Assembly (NCBI GenBank): GCA_963832165.1
Contig: CAWHTE010000001.1
Location: 64,001 to 128,000 of the forward strand
Source: an uncultured delta proteobacterium
GTDB taxonomy: Bacteria > Myxococcota_A > UBA9160 > SMWR01
Reading direction: 5' to 3'
DNA: 64,000 nt
Shown here: positions 30,970 through 40,482 of the stretch, one piece after another
How positions within the stretch are numbered: the stretch's first letter is position 1
Layout of the letters: each line of letters begins with the position of its first letter
Translations under genes and position numbers: made by a program
Notes under the pieces: generated by a model
Told to the model about the DNA's origin: nothing
The model's input: the letters and a program-made list of their open reading frames with translations, nothing else
Database searches by the model: none

Positions 30970-31494
30970 TCACTTCACCGGGACGTAGTAGAGCCAGGCG
31001 TCCTGGTCGACCACGATGTCGATCAGGCTCCCGTTGCGCACGTCGAGATGGACGTAGATCGGGGTTCCCTTGTCGACGATGATCCCGTAGCCGGGGGGGA
31101 ACGCCGTGTAGGTGTTCGTGATGTTCGAGCCGAGGTAGGTGCTGCCCGAGGTGGCACCGTAGGAGAACAAGCCCGGGCCCACGTACTTCGCGCGCGAGAT
31201 GCAGCCCTGGGAGTCGGTCCCCGAGCACATGTACATCTGGGGTCGCGTGCTCACCTCGATGTCGACGTAGAGGGCGAGGTCGGTCTGCTCGGCGAGCGAT
31301 ACGGCCAGGATCGCGATCTTCTGTGGGGGCACCCACACCCCGGCCTGGGCGCGGTGACAGGTCTTCCCCTTCAGACACATCCCCGTCGTGCTCTTGATCA
31401 CGGCGGTCGAGAGCGGCTTCACCTGCGCCGGAGCCGGCGAGGGCAGGAGCAGCGCGAGCAGCAGCGCGAACGGCAGGCGGCGCAGTGTCGTCAT
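30970..31494 (-). CDS. Secreted hypothetical protein
   Basis: Signal peptide ending APA|Q, beta-rich, two close Cys pairs, GC3-rich codon usage. Confidence 0.7.
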   Translation of the reverse strand: MTTLRRLPFALLLALLLPSPAPAQVKPLSTAVIKSTTGMCLKGKTCHRAQAGVWVPPQKIAILAVSLAEQTDLALYVDIEVSTRPQMYMCSGTDSQGCISRAKYVGPGLFSYGATSGSTYLGSNITNTYTAFPPGYGIIVDKGTPIYVHLDVRNGSLIDIVVDQDAWLYYVPVK

Positions 31495-31652
31495 CGCGTT
31501 GCGCGAGAGAGTATCGGGCCCGCGTCGCCTATGCTCCGGTGCGTCGCTGGCGTCCCCAGCCTGGTTTCGGCTCGGCGGGAATCCCGTAAGCGAGAGCGCC
31601 GGATGGACGAAGAGAGTGGGAGGAGCCGGAGGCGCGCCGGTGCGGCGAGACG

Positions 31653-33365
31653 ATGACCGCTGAACGGATTCCGCTCGATCGGCTCGGCTGGGCGCGCCAT
31701 ACCATCCAGGCGTTCGGGGCCTCGGATGTGGGCCGCCACGCCGTGCGGCTCTCCGTGTCGCTCGTGGTGCTGATGCTCGCGATCAGCGCGATGAACGTCG
31801 TGAACAGCTTCGTGGGCCGCGATTTCATGACGTCGATCGAGCAGCGCGACGCGAACGCGTTCGTCTACATGGCGTTCGTCTACGTGGGGGTGTTCGCCGC
31901 CTCCACGGTGCTCGCGGTGTTGTTCCGCTTCTGCGAGGAGCGCCTGGGCCTGCTCTGGCGCCAGTGGCTCACGCGGGCGCTCGTGCTCGACTACCTCGGG
32001 ATCGCGACGCCCTACCGCATGCGCGAAGCCGGCGAGATCGACAATCCCGACCAGCGGATCGCCGACGACGCGCGCATGTTCACGACCACCACGCTCTCGT
32101 TCGTGCTCATGGTGTTGAACGGCACGATCACGATCGTCGCGTTCGCGAGCGTGCTCTGGTCGATCACGCCGGTACTGTTCGCGGCCACGGTTGCGTACGC
32201 GGCCGCGGGATCGATCCTGACCGTGTGGCTCGGCCGACCGCTGATCGGGCTCAGCTCCACGCAATCCGACCGCGAGGCCAGCTTCCGCGCCGATCTCGTG
32301 CATGTGCGCGCCAACGCGGAATCCGTGGCGCTGCTGCGGCGCGAGGGGCGGCTGCGCACGCGCTTGTTGCGCCGTGTCGACGCGCTGACCGCGAATGCGC
32401 GGCGCATGATCGCGGTGAACCGCAACGTCTCGTTCTTCACCGCGGGCTACAACTACCTGATCCAGATCATCCCGGCGTTGATCGTGGGCCCGCTGTTCAT
32501 GCGCGGTGAGGTCGAGTTCGGAGTGATCACGCAGGCGGCGATGGCGTTCTCGCACCTGATCGGGGCGTTCTCGCTGATCGTCACGCAGTTCCAGTCGATC
32601 TCCTCGTACGCCGCGGTGCTCACGCGCCTGCGCAACCTCTCCGAGGGCATGCACCAGGCGGCGTCGGCGTCGCCGATCGTGTTCGTCCAGGAGAAGGACG
32701 CGCGCGTCGCGTTCGAGCACCTGACGCTGCGCTCGCCCGGCGATGGGCGCGTGCTGATCGCGGATCTCGACGTCGTGATCCCGTACGGCACGCGCGTGCT
32801 GGTGTCGGGGGAGAATCACGCGGCGAAGGTCGCGCTGTTCCGCGCGGCGGCAGGGGTGTGGAGCACCGGCGAGGGTCGCATCCGGCTGCCCGAGCCGGAT
32901 CAGATCATGTTCGTGGCCGAGCGGCCGTATCTGCCGCCGGGCACGCTGCGCGAGGCGCTCCTGCGCACGGGACGCGAGATCGATCACTCCGACGAGCGGG
33001 TCCTCGCGGTGCTCGAATCGCTCGGGCTCGAAGCGGTGGTGGAGAGAGTGGGTGGACTCGACGTCGAGCGCGATTGGGACGATCTGCTCGCACTCGGCGA
33101 GCAGCAGCGCGTGGTGATCGCGCGGCTCGTGCTCGCACAGCCGCGCTTCGGCGTGCTGCACCGCATCGACACGACGCTCTCGCCCGATCAGGTGTCGAGC
33201 ACGCTGCGTTTGCTCGCCGAGGCATCGCTCACCGCGATCGTGTTCGGAGGCGGGGACGGGCTCTCGGGCCATTTCGATTCCGTGCTCGAGCTCAAGAGCG
33301 ACGGAAACTGGAGCTACGGACCCGCGGACCGCGGACCCGCGCAGCGCGAGCGGAGCGCGGGCTGA
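31653..33365 (+). CDS. SbmA/BacA/YddA-like ABC fused permease-ATPase with degenerate ATPase motifs
   Basis: IDNPDQRIADD, EASFRADL and GEVEFGVITQ in the membrane domain. Walker A reads GENHAAKV, signature LALGEQQR, Walker B VLHRIDTTL. Confidence 0.85.
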   Translation: MTAERIPLDRLGWARHTIQAFGASDVGRHAVRLSVSLVVLMLAISAMNVVNSFVGRDFMTSIEQRDANAFVYMAFVYVGVFAASTVLAVLFRFCEERLGLLWRQWLTRALVLDYLGIATPYRMREAGEIDNPDQRIADDARMFTTTTLSFVLMVLNGTITIVAFASVLWSITPVLFAATVAYAAAGSILTVWLGRPLIGLSSTQSDREASFRADLVHVRANAESVALLRREGRLRTRLLRRVDALTANARRMIAVNRNVSFFTAGYNYLIQIIPALIVGPLFMRGEVEFGVITQAAMAFSHLIGAFSLIVTQFQSISSYAAVLTRLRNLSEGMHQAASASPIVFVQEKDARVAFEHLTLRSPGDGRVLIADLDVVIPYGTRVLVSGENHAAKVALFRAAAGVWSTGEGRIRLPEPDQIMFVAERPYLPPGTLREALLRTGREIDHSDERVLAVLESLGLEAVVERVGGLDVERDWDDLLALGEQQRVVIARLVLAQPRFGVLHRIDTTLSPDQVSSTLRLLAEASLTAIVFGGGDGLSGHFDSVLELKSDGNWSYGPADRGPAQRERSAG

Positions 33366-33397
33366 CCGCGGTCGTCTTTCACCGCTGACGCGGTACC

Positions 33398-34177
33398 TTG
33401 CGACCCGTGGAGAAACCCCGCACGAGCTGGCTGCACCAGGTCGCACCGTTCGCGGTGATCGGGCTCGCGCTCGCCGCGTGGTGGGGCGCCGCCGCGCAGA
33501 GCGCGATCTTCCCGACGCCGCTCGAGGTCGTGGCGGGGATCGGCGAGCTCGCGCGCGAGGGCACGCTCGCGCGACACGTGATGGCGTCGCTGTTTCGCGT
33601 GACGGTCGGCTACGGCGCGGCGCTCGCGCTCGCGATTCCGCTCGGCAGCTTGATGGGCTGGTACGGCGGCGTGTTCCGCGCGTTCAACCCGATGATCCAG
33701 CTGCTGCGGCCGATCTCCCCGATCGCGTGGATCCCGCTCGCGATCCTGTGGTTCGGCGTCGGCGACGAGTCGCCGACGTTCCTCATCTTCCTCTCGTCGT
33801 TCTTTCCGGTCGTGGTGGCCACCACCGCGGGCGTCCATCTCGTCGAGCGCCGCTATGTCCAGGCCGCGCAGAACTTCGGCGTGGACGGGCTGCGCATGTT
33901 CCGCACCGTGGTGTTCCCGGCGGCGCTGCCGGAGATCGTCACGGGAATGCGGATCGGTCTCGGCGTCGCGTGGCTCGTGGTGGTGGCAGCCGAGATGGTC
34001 GCGATCAACTCCGGGCTCGGTTACCTGATCATCGACGCGCGCAACGCGGGCACGCGCTACGACCTCGTGGTGGCGGGCATGGTGTTGATCGGCGCGATCG
34101 GCTTCGGGCTCGACCTCTCGATGCGCCGTCTCGAGCTGCTCGACGTCGTGCGCTGGCGTTACGACCGTGCCCGTTAA
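33398..34177 (+). CDS. NitT/TauT-family (SsuC/TauC-like) ABC permease
   Basis: LRPISPIAWIPLAILWFG, VFPAALPEI, VVAAEM ... SGLGYLI. Confidence 0.92.
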   Translation: MRPVEKPRTSWLHQVAPFAVIGLALAAWWGAAAQSAIFPTPLEVVAGIGELAREGTLARHVMASLFRVTVGYGAALALAIPLGSLMGWYGGVFRAFNPMIQLLRPISPIAWIPLAILWFGVGDESPTFLIFLSSFFPVVVATTAGVHLVERRYVQAAQNFGVDGLRMFRTVVFPAALPEIVTGMRIGLGVAWLVVVAAEMVAINSGLGYLIIDARNAGTRYDLVVAGMVLIGAIGFGLDLSMRRLELLDVVRWRYDRAR

Positions 34178-36246
34178 GATCTCGATCCGCGATCTCTGGA
34201 AGTCGTATCCGCTCGAGGACGGCCGCCTGTCCGCGGTCGAGGACGTGAGCTTCGAGCTCGCCGACGGCGAGTTCGTATCGATCGTGGGTCCGTCGGGCTG
34301 CGGAAAATCGACGCTCCTGCACATGCTCGCGGGCTTCGAGCGGCCGGATCGCGGCGAGATCCAGATGGACGGCCGCGCGGTCGAGCGGCCGAGCCCGCGC
34401 GCGGTGCTGATCGCACAGCGCGGCTCGGTGTTCCCGTGGATGACCGTGCGGCGCAATCTGCTGTTCGGCGCGGTGCAGCGCTCTCGCGAAGAGCGCGAGG
34501 AGACGGTGCGCCGCTACATCGAGCTGGTCGGCCTCGTCGGATTCGAAGACAGCTTCCCCGGGCAGCTCTCGGGCGGGATGCTGCAGCGCGTGGAGGTTGC
34601 GCGTGCGCTGATGGCGCGCCCCGACGTGCTCTACATGGACGAGCCGTTCGGCGCGCTCGACGCGCTCACGCGCCTGCGCATGCGCTGCGAGCTGCAGAGC
34701 ATCCTCGCGCGCGACCGCCACACCTGTCTGCTCGTCACGCACGACGTCGACGAGGCGCTGCACCTCTCGGACCGCGTGGTGGTGATGACGCCGCGCCCGG
34801 GGCGGATCCAGTGCGTGGTCGAGGTCGACACGCCGCACCCGCGCGCGCTCTCGAACCCCGCGCTCGTGGCGCTGAAGCAGCGCCTGCTGCGCGAGCTGGG
34901 GGTTCCCGACGGCGAAGTCGAGCGCGACACGGCCGCGCCGCATCCGCGCGCGCCAGCGCGGCCGCGCGCGCTGCGGAGCGCGCCACCCGCATCCGATCCG
35001 TCGCCCGCGCGCGCGGACGTCGTGGTGGTCGGCGGCGGGCCCGCGGGCGCCAGTGCGGCCGCGATCCTCGCCGAGAACGGGCTCCGCGTGCTCGTGCTCG
35101 AGCGCGAGTCGTTCCCGCGCTATCACGTCGGCGAGTCGCTCCTGCCGGCGCTCTGGGAGCACTGGGATCGCCTCGGGGTGACCGAGCAGATCGAGTCCGC
35201 GGGCTTCGTCGTGAAGCAGGGGATCCGGTTCGCGCGCTCCGACGACCCCAAAGACGTGGTGCTGCTCTCGGCGCAGTACCCGGAGTACTTCCCGCGCTCC
35301 TACACCTATCACGTCGATCGAGCGCGCTTCGACGCGCTCCTGCTCGACAACGCGCGCGCCAAGGGCGCCGACGTACGCGAGGGATGGACGGTCTCGGACG
35401 TGGTGATGGACGGACGACTGGGTGAAGGGCGTGCTCGCGGCGCCGAACGGCGAGGCACCGCGGCCGATCGCCGCCGACGTGGTGATCGATGCGACGGGCC
35501 GCGACTGCCTGATCGCGCGCCGCATGGGCTGGCGACGGCCCGATCCCTCGCTGAACAAGGTCGCCCACTTCACGCAGTACGCGGGCGGGCGGCGCAGCAA
35601 AGTGGGAGATCTGCTGCATCCCACCGATCGGATCGCCGGCGCCACCACCACCGACGTGCACACGGTCGACGGCGGATGGCTCTGGTACATCCCGCTGCAC
35701 GGCGACGTCGTGAGCGTGGGCGCGGTGCTCGACGCGCACCGCGCGGGTCGCGTTGCGCGCGAGCCCGAGGCGGTGTTCGAAGCCGCGCTGGCCGCGTGCC
35801 CGAGGGTGCGCGCGCAGCTCGAGGGTGCGCGCCGCACGATGCCCGTGCAGACGATCTCGGGAATCTCGTACATCAACGAGTCGTTCGCGGGCAACGGCTT
35901 CGTGCTCGTGGGCGATGCGTCGATGTTCGTCGACCCGATCTTCTCGGCGGGTGTCACGCTCGCGGTGCGCGGCGGGATCTACGCCGCCGACACGATCCTC
36001 GACGCGTTCCAGCTCCGCGACTTCAGCGCCGCGCGTCTCGCGTCGTACGAGGCGCGCATCCGCCCGCCGATGGACCGGATCTTCGAGCTGATCCGGCTCT
36101 GGTACGACGGCATCGATCGCCCGGACGACATGATCCGCCGCTCGCGCGACCTGCCCTGGCTGCGCGAGCGCCTCGTCGTGCTGCTCTCGGGCGGCTACGA
36201 CAAGATGGACCTCGAGTCGTTTGCGCGCGCGCTGCGCGCATCGTGA
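34167..36246 (+). CDS. NitT/TauT ABC ATPase fused to flavin-dependent halogenase no. 2, frameshift ~35413 inside the halogenase
   Basis: GPSGCGKS, LSGGMLQR, MDEPFGALD, then a Pro/Ala linker, then GGGPAG, FPRYHVGES, FVVKQG in the same frame; after the shift, WLWYIP, GDASMFVDPIFSAG. Confidence 0.85.
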
Positions 36247-36253
36247 GGCGCGC

Positions 36254-37117
36254 ATGATCGTCGGGCGAGTGAAGGAGATCTGGCGCTACCCCGTGAAGTC
36301 GATGGCGGGGGAGCGCCTGGAGCGCAGCGCGATCGATCGGGGCGGGTTGCCCGGCGACCGCTCGTGGGCCACGCGCGACGAGAGGCGCGGAGGGATCCGC
36401 GGCGCGAAGAAGATCCCGGACCTGATGCGCTGCCACGCGCGCTTCGTCGAGCCGCCGACGCGACAGCGGCCCGGCGCTCCCGAGATCACGCTGCCCGACG
36501 GGTCACGCCTGCGCGCGGATGCGCCCGACGCCGCTGCGCGCGTCTCCGCTGCGGTGGGCAACGAGGTCACCCTGTGGCCGCTCCAGCCCGCCGATGCGCT
36601 CGACCACTACCGCCGCGGCGCGCCCGATCACGCCGACGTCGCGACCGAGCTGCGCGCGATGTTCGGCCGCGAGCCGGACGAGCCGCTGCCGAACCTCGGC
36701 GCTTTCCCTCCCGAGCTGATGCAGTACGAGTCGCCGCCGGGAACCTACTTCGACGCGTTCCCACTGCTGCTGCTCACGACCGCCTCGCTCGCGCGGCTGG
36801 CGCAGGCGGCGCCGCAATCGCGCGTCGACGTGCGGCGCTTCCGGCCCAACCTGCTGATCGAGACGCCGCCCGATCTCGAGGGATACGTCGAGAGCGCGTG
36901 GGCGGGCCGCAAGCTGCGCGTGGGTGGGCTGGAGATCGAGTGCACGCTCGCGTGCCCGCGCTGCGTGATGATCACGCACGGCTTCGACGATCTGCCAAAG
37001 GACCCCGCGATCATGCGCGCCGTCGTACGCGACGCGGACCAGTCGATGGGCGTCTACGCGCGCGCGCTCGGTGCCGCGCGCGTCGCGATCGACGATGTGG
37101 TGGAGCTCGTCGAGTAG
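36254..37117 (+). CDS. MOSC domain protein (YcbX/mARC-like)
   Basis: IWRYPVKSMAGE, GDR, FDAFP, RRFRPNL, CPRC. Confidence 0.92.
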   Translation: MIVGRVKEIWRYPVKSMAGERLERSAIDRGGLPGDRSWATRDERRGGIRGAKKIPDLMRCHARFVEPPTRQRPGAPEITLPDGSRLRADAPDAAARVSAAVGNEVTLWPLQPADALDHYRRGAPDHADVATELRAMFGREPDEPLPNLGAFPPELMQYESPPGTYFDAFPLLLLTTASLARLAQAAPQSRVDVRRFRPNLLIETPPDLEGYVESAWAGRKLRVGGLEIECTLACPRCVMITHGFDDLPKDPAIMRAVVRDADQSMGVYARALGAARVAIDDVVELVE

Positions 37118-37161
37118 CCTAGGACGGGACGGGCGCTCGGGACGCTCGAAAAACTAACAGT

Positions 37162-38018
37162 ATGGCCGGCAAGCTGCTCCTTATCGCTGGCGCGGTCGCG
37201 CTTCTGGTGAGTGCAGGGGTCGTCTGGGCGCTCGGGTCTGCGCTCTCTGCTGCGGCGCCGCGGGAGATCGGCGCGCCACCGGCCGGTCTCGACGCGCAGC
37301 CGTGCTTCCGAGCGAGTCGGGCAGCTCGATCCATTGCTGGATTGCGCACGGCCGCACGGGCGGTGGAGGCGTCGTGCTCGCCCATTCCGTACGCTCGAAT
37401 CGCCTCGAGCTGGTCGGGCGCGCTCGGTTCCTGCAAGCTGCGGGATATGCGGTGCTGCTCTTCGACGCCCAGGCGCACGGTGAGAGTCCCGGCGAGTACA
37501 TCACGTTCGGCCACCTCGAGTCGCGCGACGCAGCAGCGGCAGTGGCCTTCGTGCGCGATCGGATTCCACACGAGAGGATCGCCTACCTGGGAGTGTCGCA
37601 GGGCGGCGCCGCGGCGCTGCTCGCGTCCCCCCCACTGCCCGTCGATGCGCTGGTTATCGAGGCGGTCTATCCCACGCTGCGCGACGCGGTCCGCGACCGC
37701 ATCGCGATCCGCGCCGGCCCGCTGGCGCATCTGCTCGCGCCGCTGCTGCTAGGCCAGGTCTACCTGCGGCTGGGTGTCGCTGCGGACGCGATCGCTCCGA
37801 TCGAGGGGATCCGTCGCATCCGCGCCCCGCTGCTTCTTGTCGCCGGGGAGGTGGACCGCCATACGCGACTCGAAGAATCGCGGGCGCTCTTCGCCGCAGC
37901 GCCCGAGCCGAAGACGCTCTGGGTGATCCCGGGCGCCGCGCACCAGAGCTTCCACGCGTTCACCCGGGTGGAATACGAGCGGCGCGTGCTCGACTTTCTC
38001 GCGCGCACGCTTCGCTAG
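37162..38018 (+). CDS. Alpha/beta hydrolase with N-terminal anchor, frameshift ~37300
   Basis: DAQAHGESPG, GVSQGG, GEVD, GAAH; codon usage less GC3-biased than its neighbours. Confidence 0.85.
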
Positions 38019-38068
38019 CGCCACTTCGAGAAGAGCCAGAGCGCGACGGAGAGCACGGCGCTCACGAG
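38015..38068 (-). pseudogene. Possible 3-prime remnant of a small membrane protein gene (DUF2905-like)
   Basis: LVSAVLSVALWLFSKWR-stop in host-like codons with no matching 5-prime part. Confidence 0.35.
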
Positions 38069-38287
38069 CGGTCTGCTCGCAATGCACGACCGAGGGAGCC
38101 CACATGGGTGAGCATATGGCTCCTCGCCAGCGCTTGCGGTCGCTGAAGAGATTTGGTGCGCTGTATTGCTTCGAGGCAGAAGATCTGGGTGGCCTCCGCG
38201 TCGACTAACGTCTAATGGCGACGACTAATGCACAATTTATCGACGGCCTATTGATCCGAGTGGATCATCGCCCTAATCTACACTTCG

Positions 38288-38971
38288 ATGCGTCGTGTAG
38301 CGGAACAGCTCGAGCTAGATCCGGTCCGACATGGGGGTCGAAGACCGAGCGCCGGGCGGAAGGCAGGGCCGAATCCGCGCATTCGACATCGGTCGCGAGG
38401 CGCGTTTGCGCATCGCGTTCCTTGTCACGTGACTTTGAAGGTCCGCGAAGGGATTCCGTCGCTGCGCACCGTCCGACTCGTGCGCGAGCTCGAGCGTAGC
38501 TTTGCCGCCAGCTGCGAGCGGAACGACTTTCGGCTGGTCCACTATTCGATCCAGGGAAACCATGCGCACCTGATCGTCGAAGCGGACAGCGAAGCTGCAC
38601 TCGGCCGCGGGATGAAGGCGATCGGTTCACGGCTCGCTAGATCAGTGAACCGCGTCTTCAGGCTTTCAGGACCGGTCCTGGCCGATCGGTATCACCTGCA
38701 CGTGCTCCGCACGCCGCGCGAGGTGCGAAATGGGCTCGCTTACGTGCTGTTGAACACACGTCGGCACGCCCCGAGGGCCGGCCGCACGCTTTCGCGTGCG
38801 TACGGAATCGATCCCGCGTCGTCGGGGCGCTGGTTCGATGGATGGAGCCGTCCATGCGGCGCCGCCGGACCCTCGAGTCCTGCACCTACCGCCTTGCCAC
38901 GAAGCTGGTTGCTCGCGGTAGGATGGAGACGAGCCGGACTCATCGATCCAGACGCGATTCCGGGACGCTGA
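38288..38971 (+). mobile_element. REP-associated tyrosine transposase (RAYT) / IS200-like Y1 HUH transposase
   Basis: PCHVTLK, YSIQGNHAHLIVE (HUH), DRYH, LAYVLLN (putative catalytic Tyr); hairpins in both flanks. Confidence 0.85.
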
Positions 38972-39066
38972 CGCCGTTCTGGTTCGATCCGCGGCCCCGG
39001 CCGGCCGTTCCGCCCGGCCGGCGGTCCCTTTCCTCAAAGCAAAACAGCCGAACGCGCGGCAGGTAG

Positions 39067-40482
39067 CTACCGCTGCACCTTCCCGGTCGTCGTGCGTGCG
39101 AGCGAGTCGACGATCCGGAACTCGCGCGGAACCTTGTAGGCGGGCAGTGCAGCGCGGCACGCGGCGATCAGCGCCGCGCGCGCGGGCGCGCGCTCGGGAT
39201 CCTCGGCGACGATCTCGGCGACCGGAATCTCGCCGAGCCGCTCGTGCTCGCGCGAGAACACGCGGCACTCGCGCACGCCCGGAACGGCCGCGATCACGTC
39301 CTCCACCTCTTCGCAGAAGAACTTCATGCCGGCCATGTTGATCCGGTTGTGGCGCCGGCCCGCGAGGAAGAGCGTGCCGTCGGCGTCGAAGAAGCCCTGA
39401 TCGCCGGTGCGGAAGCCGTCGGGCTCGAGCAGCCGCGCCGACGGCGTCCACGGCGAGAGATAGGCGTCGAACAGGCCCGGCCCGCGGATGCAGATCTCGC
39501 CCGTGCGCTCGGGAGAGCCGGGGCCGAGGATCGGCTTCCCTTCGTCGTCGCGCAGCCACACGTCGTAGGCGGGCAGCGGACGGCCTAGCGCGGTCGGCTT
39601 GCTCTCGGACTCGGAGCTGTTGAGCACGGGCAGCCCGACCTCGATGATGCCGAGCGCCTGGGCCAGTGCGAGGCCGAAGCGCGCGCGGAAGCCCGCGGCG
39701 ATCTCCGCGCGCAGACCCTCGGCCGTGGAGATCGCGAGGCGCACGTCGAGCCCGATCTCCGACGCATCCTTCGCGAGCAGCGAGTAGTGGAACGGCGACG
39801 CGTACGAGAGCGTCGCGCGCTCGCGCTGCGCGAACTCGAGTACGGGCCGCGCGAGCGAGCTCGCGGGCAAGAGGATCGTCGCCCCGAAGCGCAGGTAGAG
39901 CAGGATCGACACCACGAAGTGGTGGGCCATCGGCAGGAGCCACAGGATCCGGTCGTCGGGACCGATCGCGAGCGCCTGGTTCGCGGCGATCAGCCGCTCC
40001 GCGATCCGCGCGTGCGACAGCACCACTCCCTTGCGCTCGCTCGTGGTGCCCGAGGTGAAGCGCAGATACGCCGGGTCGAGTGCGCGGAACTCCCGCTCTT
40101 CGCGCAGCGCGCCGGGCCACGGCCGACACGTGAATCCGTCGTCCTCCGCGACGAGGCGCTGGAGCTGCGCCGCGTCGGCGAATCGATCGCGCGCGGCGCC
40201 GGCCGCGTCGTCGGGGATCGGCACGAGACAGCCACCCGCGGCCAGGATCGCGAGCGCGTGCTCGATGAAGCCCTCGCCCTGCCGCGCGACGAGACCGCAG
40301 CGCTCGCCGCGCGCGAGGCCCGCGGCGCGCAGCCGCGCTGCACCCGCGTCGAAGCGCGCGACCAGCTCGGCGTAGGAGGTCACCTGCGTCGCCCCCCCGT
40401 GATCCGCGCACAGCGCAGGGTGATCCGGGTGCGCGCGTGCGTGGGCGCGGATCGCGTCGATCGGGGCGGCGGGCGGGCTCAC
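39067..40482 (-). CDS. Class I adenylate-forming enzyme (acyl/aryl-AMP ligase)
   Basis: FTSGTTSERKG, FRTGD, RTTTGKVQR; GTGA overlap. Confidence 0.92.
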   Translation of the reverse strand: MSPPAAPIDAIRAHARAHPDHPALCADHGGATQVTSYAELVARFDAGAARLRAAGLARGERCGLVARQGEGFIEHALAILAAGGCLVPIPDDAAGAARDRFADAAQLQRLVAEDDGFTCRPWPGALREEREFRALDPAYLRFTSGTTSERKGVVLSHARIAERLIAANQALAIGPDDRILWLLPMAHHFVVSILLYLRFGATILLPASSLARPVLEFAQRERATLSYASPFHYSLLAKDASEIGLDVRLAISTAEGLRAEIAAGFRARFGLALAQALGIIEVGLPVLNSSESESKPTALGRPLPAYDVWLRDDEGKPILGPGSPERTGEICIRGPGLFDAYLSPWTPSARLLEPDGFRTGDQGFFDADGTLFLAGRRHNRINMAGMKFFCEEVEDVIAAVPGVRECRVFSREHERLGEIPVAEIVAEDPERAPARAALIAACRAALPAYKVPREFRIVDSLARTTTGKVQR

